Positions 53,355 to 59,315 of a DNA stretch of 59,315 bases are shown here, piece after piece (position 1 is the first letter of the stretch; every line of letters begins with the position of its first letter). The stretch lies in the IMG/VR virus record IMGVR_UViG_3300044678_003809. One strand, given 5' to 3'. The position numbers and the translations under genes were made by a program. The DNA comes from an uncultured virus (IMG/VR IMGVR_UViG_3300044678_003809) (Duplodnaviria > Heunggongvirae > Uroviricota > Caudoviricetes). The notes beneath the pieces were generated by a model. It was not told where the DNA came from, made no database searches, and was given only the letters and a program-made list of their open reading frames with translations.

Positions 53355-54071
53355 ATGAACCAAGACGGAGAACTGGTGCATGCCCCCCCACGGGCCATCA
53401 CACTGACGGCCTTCAACCGCCCGGCCTATCTGCGTGAAGTGCTCGCGAGCTTGCGGGCCAACAATCATCTGGACCAGTTCCATCTGCACATCGCCTTGGA
53501 GCCGGGATGTTCTGCAACGCTCGAGGTGTGCCGGGCCATCGACTTCATTCCGACGACCATCCATCAGAACGTGTCGCTTCTCGGGGTGCGGGGCAACCCG
53601 TATCGACTGCTCCAACAGGTGTTCGCAGCCGGGTACGACAGCGTCGTCTACTGCGAAGATGACGTCGTTCTCAGCCCGGACGCCATCGATCTGTCGCTCT
53701 GGTACTTGAATCATGGCACGCTGCCTCACGAGACCCGGTGTCTCTGCCTTCACAACGGAGCCAGCACCGTGCAACAGAACCCGGGTGTTGTGGGCACACA
53801 CCCCATTTCCGACTTTGCGTCGCTGGGGTTTGTCACTACCCGATTCCAGTGGGAGACCTTCTTTCAGAAACGGTGGCATGCACATGCTGGAGGGTGGGAT
53901 TGGGGTATCACCTCGGGCGCAGGCTATATCGCGGCCCCGAAAGTCTCCAGGTCCCACCACATCGGTCGTTTCGGGGGTACACACTACGTCGCCGCTGACC
54001 ATGACCGTATCTACGCGGACAACTACAGGCACCCCACGGGGACGCCGGAGGGCGGGTATCATGCAGAGTAG
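53355..54071 (+). CDS. GT-A fold glycosyltransferase
   Basis: AFNRPAYL, CEDD, WD and SRSHHIG. Confidence 0.8.
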   Translation: MNQDGELVHAPPRAITLTAFNRPAYLREVLASLRANNHLDQFHLHIALEPGCSATLEVCRAIDFIPTTIHQNVSLLGVRGNPYRLLQQVFAAGYDSVVYCEDDVVLSPDAIDLSLWYLNHGTLPHETRCLCLHNGASTVQQNPGVVGTHPISDFASLGFVTTRFQWETFFQKRWHAHAGGWDWGITSGAGYIAAPKVSRSHHIGRFGGTHYVAADHDRIYADNYRHPTGTPEGGYHAE

Positions 54072-54738
54072 TACGGTGCGACAGGCTTTTTCGTACGGTG
54101 ATGACGACCATGTGTTCACGGTCCGGCCAGACACCATTGACACTCGGGTCGTCAATGAAGTGTTCGTGGGGGACGAGTACGGCATCGGGCCCTTGATTCG
54201 TGCCGGGGATGTCGTGTTGGACGTCGGAGCGCACATTGGCAGCTTCACGGCGCGGGCGACGCTGAAAAACGATGTTCGCGTATTCTCTGTGGAGCCTGCG
54301 TTCTTCAATCTGCCACTGCTCTTGGCCAACATCCCGAGGGGCCGGAAGATCACCGTGTTCAACAACGCGCTGGGTGGGGCCGACGGCTTGCCCGTGATCG
54401 TCCGTGACACCCGCGGGGAGAACACGGGTGGTAACGAGTGCCACGGGGCATCCCCGTCCGAGATCCCAGTCCACACCCTGCGGCTGGTCACGTTGGCGAA
54501 GATGTGTGGTGTGTCGGCGTTCGACATCGTGAAGTTGGACTGCGAGGGTGGTGAGCACGCGTTGTTCGACGACGCCGCGTCCGCGAGTCTGCTGGCGCGC
54601 TCGAGGTACGTCGCCATGGAGGTGCATGGACGCGCGGACCGGGGCATCGCGTGGGCTCGTGAGCACTTCCGCTATGTCGACGTCTCCTGGTACTCCCCCG
54701 ATGTGGCATTGGTGAAGGCCCACAACCCGCGGGACTGA
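54061..54738 (+). CDS. FkbM-family methyltransferase
   Basis: VLDVGAHIGSF, VEP and KLDCEGGE. Confidence 0.9.
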   Translation: MQSSTVRQAFSYGDDDHVFTVRPDTIDTRVVNEVFVGDEYGIGPLIRAGDVVLDVGAHIGSFTARATLKNDVRVFSVEPAFFNLPLLLANIPRGRKITVFNNALGGADGLPVIVRDTRGENTGGNECHGASPSEIPVHTLRLVTLAKMCGVSAFDIVKLDCEGGEHALFDDAASASLLARSRYVAMEVHGRADRGIAWAREHFRYVDVSWYSPDVALVKAHNPRD

Positions 54739-54775
54739 CCGTCCACGGTTGCCTTTCCCTCGCCCGGGAGGCAAC

Positions 54776-56587
54776 ATGCGGGGCATGAAGAAGCTCACCC
54801 GCCCCCACACTGCCGTACTGCCCAGTCCGAAGGTCATCGTCGCTCATCGTGGCCTTGGCCCCCACCTGCATTCGGCCACGACCGACAGTACCGGGGGGCC
54901 ACGGGCGAACCGACCGCATGTCGACCTGCTCCAAGGGGGGCGTGCGGACAAGAACCGGCCGCGGGACTTCAACCGCGGGCAACTGCAGGCCGGCAGTCAT
55001 GTGGAGCGGGAGCACACGCGCAACCGGACAGTCGCTCAAGAGATCGCCATGGACCACTTGGCCGAGGACCCCGACTACTACCGGCGCCTCGCCGCGTTCG
55101 AGCGTCGGAACCCCGTCCTGGGGCCCGTACAGCCCGTCCTCCCCGGGCTCCCCGAGGTGTGGGGCACCGAGGACGTGGGGCTGGCCCAGCGGTGGCAGGA
55201 GGCGACCCCTGAGGCGCTGCAGCAGGCTGTGGAACAGCGTCTGGTCTTCGAGGACGAGTTCGCGGAGATGGAGGCGCTCGTCGAGGACGCTCAGTACCGC
55301 GGCGTCCCCGAGGCGGCCGAGCGCCACGGCGTCTCCCTGGGACTGGCGGACGCCCTGGTCGCCGGGCTCTATGACCACCTCGTGGCGCTCGCCGAGGCGA
55401 AGAGCGAGGCGCTGGTCGAACAGTTCGTCGATTTCTTCCGTCAGTACGCACAGCGTGAGATCGAGTACCGGAAGAATGACGCCGACGAATACTACGTCGA
55501 TAACTTCCTGCAGGACCCGTCTCCGCTGACGTACCGTCGATACGCGAAGGCGCTCTACGAAGAGGTTCAGGAGGCGTTCCGAGAGGCACATCCCGACGCG
55601 CCGGAATTGACGATTGACCTCTTGATGGAAGTGCTCGAGGACCCCGACCTGTACAACGTGGTGGTCACTGATCGAGGTGATCGAAAGCCGGCGCTCGCGG
55701 TGGACCAGTTCCAAGAAAATGAGAACGACCTCGAATTTGAGTGGGGACCGCGAGTGGATGAGTCATTCCGCGTGTTGGTCGAGTCCATGACCGACGCCGA
55801 GGTCCAAGAGGCGCTCGAAGCCCTCGTGAACCATGACCCGTACATCCAATTCAAGCCCTGGCCCCGGACACGCGTGATCGACCGGTCGTTCTTCCTCACA
55901 GAAGAATCCTCAACGGTTCTGTTCGATCTTGACTTAACCGTCTACTGGGTGGCGAACATGGAGCGCGTGCTGACCGCTCTGGACGGTCGGTGGCGAGAGG
56001 CCGACGCCCCTGCCGGACCATCGAAGGCGGACGAGGTCGTCTACCAGTACGGCGGCACGAACGACACGGTCGCGGGGGCCTCGGCGCGCGGCATGTACGT
56101 GGCCCGGCTGCGACCCGAGCAACTCCGTCAGGAGGGCATCGACCTGGGGATCTGCGTGGGCCGCCAGGACATGGGCTACCGGGACCAGGTCATCGACGGC
56201 ACCATCAACATCTACTCGATCCGCACCGAGGCCGGGCGCCCCAAGTTCACGATCAGCGTCTACCGCCGCCCGCTGCAGGTGTCGCAGGTCAAGGGCAAGG
56301 CGAACCGACTGCCGGGGTTCGCCGCCGCGGGCACCGTGTTCTCGAAGGAGGACGAGGTCCGCTTGGTCGTCGAGTTCCTGATGCACCTCGACATCCCGCC
56401 CGATGAGATCGAACGCGTCTTCGACCTCAAGGCGGGCCTCGCGGGGCTCCGCGCGCTCGGGCAGGACCCCTTCACGCCCAAGCCCGTGCGCGCCGCGCGA
56501 CCCCGGGACAACGGCAGCGATCGTGAGGTCGCCTACTGGGCCAAGAAGGCCTACAGCATCCCGATGGGTGGGAAGTGGGGCATCTGA
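54776..56587 (+). CDS. Polyvalent protein: DUF5661-like module, acidic domain and PcfJ-like domain
   Basis: G..VEREHT....A.EIAMDHL.EDPDYY, and LRQEG..LGICVG...QVKGKAN. Junctions RRNP and RDNG. Confidence 0.8.
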   Translation: MRGMKKLTRPHTAVLPSPKVIVAHRGLGPHLHSATTDSTGGPRANRPHVDLLQGGRADKNRPRDFNRGQLQAGSHVEREHTRNRTVAQEIAMDHLAEDPDYYRRLAAFERRNPVLGPVQPVLPGLPEVWGTEDVGLAQRWQEATPEALQQAVEQRLVFEDEFAEMEALVEDAQYRGVPEAAERHGVSLGLADALVAGLYDHLVALAEAKSEALVEQFVDFFRQYAQREIEYRKNDADEYYVDNFLQDPSPLTYRRYAKALYEEVQEAFREAHPDAPELTIDLLMEVLEDPDLYNVVVTDRGDRKPALAVDQFQENENDLEFEWGPRVDESFRVLVESMTDAEVQEALEALVNHDPYIQFKPWPRTRVIDRSFFLTEESSTVLFDLDLTVYWVANMERVLTALDGRWREADAPAGPSKADEVVYQYGGTNDTVAGASARGMYVARLRPEQLRQEGIDLGICVGRQDMGYRDQVIDGTINIYSIRTEAGRPKFTISVYRRPLQVSQVKGKANRLPGFAAAGTVFSKEDEVRLVVEFLMHLDIPPDEIERVFDLKAGLAGLRALGQDPFTPKPVRAARPRDNGSDREVAYWAKKAYSIPMGGKWGI

Positions 56588-58134
56588 TGAAGACGATCCG
56601 AGATCGCATCCTCGCGGCCGACGAGACCTTGCGAGCGCGGGACATCCTGTTGCCGGAGGCCACGCGGTGTCTGCCGGACGTCATCGCGCGCCCCTTCGGG
56701 GCCATGACCATCAAGTGGCTCGACAACCGGACCTGGGGGCAGTCGTTCGAGTTGGGCGCCAAGGTGGTGCATCTCGGCAACCGCCGCGGGGACCACTTGG
56801 CCACCCACCCGCACCTGTACGGGGTCGAGGCGAAAGAGGCTGAGCGCATTCTGCGCGCCCAGGTCGGGGGTACGCTGGTTCACGAGCTGGGGCACGCGCT
56901 GGTCGAGTCGCTGCCGAAAGAGGTGCAGCAGACCGTGCTTTCGGTGGCCGACAGCCTCTGCCGGCGAGACGGGATGTCGACCTACGGCTACAACATGCCC
57001 CACAAGCCGAACGACCCGTACGCCCAGGCGCACGAGTGCCTCGCGGAGGCCTTCCGCTACTGGTGCCACGCCGACGAGCGCCTGCGCCAGCAGTACCCTG
57101 GCTGGCACCAGCTCGTGGACGCGATGATGGAGCACGTCGCGCAGCCCCCGTGGGGGCAGTCGCCGAGCGCGCGCTCGAACCCGAAAGAGGCCTCCGAGTC
57201 CTCGAAGGGACCGAGCCCGCAGTTGTACGAGCGGTTCGCCGCGAAGGGTGCCCCCCGGCCCGGGGAAAGGGGCTATCGGGAGGTGTCCCCCGAGCGGGCG
57301 GCGGCCGAGGAGACCGCGAGCACCGCGATGCGGTACTGGACCGACGCCGAGATGGGGTGGCATGTCCTGCACGCGAGTCGGATGGCCCACGACGTCGCGC
57401 ACCTGTTCGAGGACGAGGCCCCCGACGAGCCGATGCTCGAGGCGGAAGATCTCCCGGGCCTGCTCGGGCAGCCGCTGTGGAGCCCCATGCAGGCGGGCGG
57501 GTTCATCGAGGCCGTGGGGGTGATGAAGGAGCAGTTCATGCCGGACGCGCTGGTCCGAGAGGTGCTCGCCGACGCCGTCCACCCCGCTGGCAAGCTGCGG
57601 CTGGTGAACGTCCCCAAGGACGAGGCCGTGGCGTTCATCAACCGCCACCACAGTCAGATGCCGATCGCCAACCCCCGCGGGCTCATGTACGCCATCGGGG
57701 CCATGAAGGGCAGCCGCTTGGTCGCCGTGGCGACTGCCGGCAGCCCCACGGGGCGCTGGGGCAGCGATCGTGTGGAGGTCCGCAACATCCTCGAGTTGAC
57801 GCGGATCGCCTCCGACGGGACGACGCTGGGGGCCTCGAGCTTCCTGGCGTCGCGGCTGATCGACCTGCTCGACAAGTCCAAGCGCGGTGACGAGACCGGC
57901 CCCGCGCTGTTCGTCACGTACAGCCTCACGAGCGAGGATGGGACCACCTACCGGGCCCTGCGTGACAAGGGCCTGCGGCCCGTGGCGCTCATCCGCGGCA
58001 AGTCCGCGGGCGGGGGCGGCGCGCGGGCTGGGAACCAGCTCGGTTACGCCGAGCCCGACAAGATCCGCTGGGAGGCCGGGGCCGCCGCGCTGCCCGCGCA
58101 GTGGGACTTGCTGGCCACCCCGGGCGGTACTTGA
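56587..58134 (+). CDS. Zincin-like metallopeptidase fused to an XF1762/Mom-like acetyltransferase domain
   Basis: HELGH...ECLAEAF, and FINRHH..GRW..LELTR..FVTY. RSNP lies just after the peptidase domain. Confidence 0.7.
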   Translation: MKTIRDRILAADETLRARDILLPEATRCLPDVIARPFGAMTIKWLDNRTWGQSFELGAKVVHLGNRRGDHLATHPHLYGVEAKEAERILRAQVGGTLVHELGHALVESLPKEVQQTVLSVADSLCRRDGMSTYGYNMPHKPNDPYAQAHECLAEAFRYWCHADERLRQQYPGWHQLVDAMMEHVAQPPWGQSPSARSNPKEASESSKGPSPQLYERFAAKGAPRPGERGYREVSPERAAAEETASTAMRYWTDAEMGWHVLHASRMAHDVAHLFEDEAPDEPMLEAEDLPGLLGQPLWSPMQAGGFIEAVGVMKEQFMPDALVREVLADAVHPAGKLRLVNVPKDEAVAFINRHHSQMPIANPRGLMYAIGAMKGSRLVAVATAGSPTGRWGSDRVEVRNILELTRIASDGTTLGASSFLASRLIDLLDKSKRGDETGPALFVTYSLTSEDGTTYRALRDKGLRPVALIRGKSAGGGGARAGNQLGYAEPDKIRWEAGAAALPAQWDLLATPGGT

Positions 58135-58171
58135 CGCTGCCCCGAGTCGATCCCGCGTAGCGCCCCGGGCC

Positions 58172-58447
58172 TCAGGTGGCCAGAGACAGTCCCAGCGGCC
58201 CCCAGGAGGTCGCGAACGCGGTCATCTGCCCCTGCAGGTCGGGTTCGTGGAAGCAGGCGCTCTTACCGCCCGCGGGGAGGCTCTCCCAGAGACGCAGGAG
58301 GGCTTCCTCGTTTCGGACGCTGTACACGATCACGCGGCCACGGGAGGACCCGTACCGATGGGCCCACTCGTCCATGGCGTGGATGAGCTGGGCCATCTGC
58401 CGCCCGCGGTCGATGTCGGCTCGGACGACGAAGTACAGCGCGTTCAC
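58172..58447 (-). CDS. Peptidyl-tRNA hydrolase Pth2-like protein
   Basis: YFVVRADI..G..MAQ..HA and F.EPD....TA. GTGA coupling. Confidence 0.75.
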   Translation of the reverse strand: MNALYFVVRADIDRGRQMAQLIHAMDEWAHRYGSSRGRVIVYSVRNEEALLRLWESLPAGGKSACFHEPDLQGQMTAFATSWGPLGLSLAT

Positions 58448-58926
58448 GGGGACGGCGCGATTGCCGGGGCCAGGGTCACCGTTTCGGCGATGGCACGAGC
58501 ACACGCGTCCTTGGGGCTGAGTTTGGAGCCCCACCAGGTGGTCAGCGCCTTGTGCAGTTGCGCCGGGGTGAGCCCGGTGAGGCACGTCGTCAGGTGGCCG
58601 CTGAGGTAGGCGAAGATCGGCTTGCCCTTCTTCCCCCCGGGCGCCTCGCAGAGATGTGCGGGGGTGTTGTTCAGGAACGCGAGCGCCAGGCTGAGGTGGC
58701 GCAGCGTCCAGGCCGCCGGTCGCGACCCCTGCAGGGCGCAGTTGAGTTGGTAGGCCTCGGTGCGGGCCTGCGTTTCGGTGATGTCGTCGTTGACGAGACG
58801 GGCGGTCCGTCGGGTCTGCCGCAGCTCGCCGAAGCGGCGCTTGGCCGACTTGCGGTTCTCGCGGCGGGCGGCCATCTGCAGGTTGAAGGTGGCGCGCAGG
58901 GCTTTGTGGCTCTCGGGATGGATCAT
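58444..58926 (-). CDS. Hypothetical basic protein co-transcribed with the Pth2-like gene
   Basis: GGAG RBS. LRHLSLALAFL helix. Confidence 0.65.
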   Translation of the reverse strand: MIHPESHKALRATFNLQMAARRENRKSAKRRFGELRQTRRTARLVNDDITETQARTEAYQLNCALQGSRPAAWTLRHLSLALAFLNNTPAHLCEAPGGKKGKPIFAYLSGHLTTCLTGLTPAQLHKALTTWWGSKLSPKDACARAIAETVTLAPAIAPSP

Positions 58927-59039
58927 GGTTTTCTCCGGTGAACGAATTCAGGGGGGTGAGCACTGTGGTCCGAACCATGACGCATCGGCGGGGCGCGGGC
59001 TCGTTGCAGCTAGGCTTCGTGGAGGGTGTGCATGACCAC

Positions 59040-59068
59040 AGAATATGCACGGATCGGGAGTTACGCAA
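59040..59068 (-). promoter_or_regulatory. Possible sigma70-like promoter
   Basis: TTGCGT-N17-TATTCT on the minus strand, upstream of 58926. Confidence 0.35.
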
Positions 59069-59088
59069 GCCGAATGTCAAGAAGAGGG

Positions 59089-59172
59089 TGCGCCCAGCCG
59101 GGCTCGAACCGGCGGTGTGCTTTCGCAGCGGGATTTAGAGTCCCGTGGCTTCGACCACTCGCCCATGGGCGC
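59089..59172 (-). tRNA. tRNA with CUA anticodon (amber suppressor, Tyr-like type II)
   Basis: GCGCCCA/TGGGCGC acceptor stem, GGC-GAGTGGTCGAA-GCC D-arm, CGGGA-CT[CTA]AA-TCCCG anticodon arm, TGC-GAAA-GCA variable arm, GCCGG-TTCGAGC-CCGGC T-arm, discriminator A, no encoded CCA. Confidence 0.9.
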
Positions 59173-59177
59173 GCACG

Positions 59178-59315
59178 TCAGGTCTTCGAGAGATGCTGCT
59201 GCTGGCGATCTCGGAGCGCATCTTCGCTCGCGCGGGCCTCGCGGCGCGCCATCATGTCGCGGATGAACGCGACGGCGGCCCGGTGCGCCGACGGGTAGTG
59301 CCCGCCGTGGCCCAA
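59178..59315 (-). CDS. 3' end of a CDS truncated by the window edge
   Basis: Open frame ...RDMMARREARASEDALRDRQQQHLSKT-TGA ending 5 nt upstream of the tRNA. Confidence 0.55.
   Translation of the reverse strand: MGHGGHYPSAHRAAVAFIRDMMARREARASEDALRDRQQQHLSKT

Noticed and set aside
53355..54071. RGNP in the glycosyltransferase (and RTNP in 34313-36631) as processing sites
   Set aside because: Single occurrences. RGNP lies inside a catalytic domain, and both are compatible with chance.
59089..59172. Pyrrolysine tRNA
   Set aside because: It has a canonical D-loop GG, TTCGA T-loop, 5-bp anticodon stem and long variable arm, all unlike tRNA-Pyl. No pyl genes are seen.

Overview
A high-GC, densely coding 59-kb segment of a large dsDNA bacteriophage or virus-like element. 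No capsid, terminase, portal or integrase gene is recognisable in the window. Left to right: (i) a lysozyme-like protein, two Gly-X-Thr collagen fibre proteins and a GT2-TPR glycosyltransferase; (ii) small membrane proteins and several secreted-looking proteins with C-terminal membrane anchors; (iii) a large modular protein at 11420-13831; (iv) small accessory genes, a VRR-NUC nuclease, an iteron-rich palindromic putative origin and a primase-SF3 helicase; (v) a divergent replication operon (DnaQ-like exonuclease, PAPS-reductase family, SF2 helicase, putative SSB, PolA); (vi) a ~22-kb array of 'polyvalent' multidomain proteins (ADP-ribosyltransferase-like, PcfJ-like, ParB-like, NUDIX, C5-MTase-like, metallopeptidase, Mom-like); (vii) a Pth2-like gene and a tRNA with a CUA (amber) anticodon. 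The strongest unexplained signal is a protein-level motif R-x-N-[P/G] (also R-x-N-A) at domain junctions across the modular proteins. It is absent from the primase, helicase and polymerase, and perfect DNA repeats end exactly on its Asn codon. This suggests a protease-processed, cassette-shuffled polyprotein effector system. All family assignments come from motif recognition by eye; no database searches were run.
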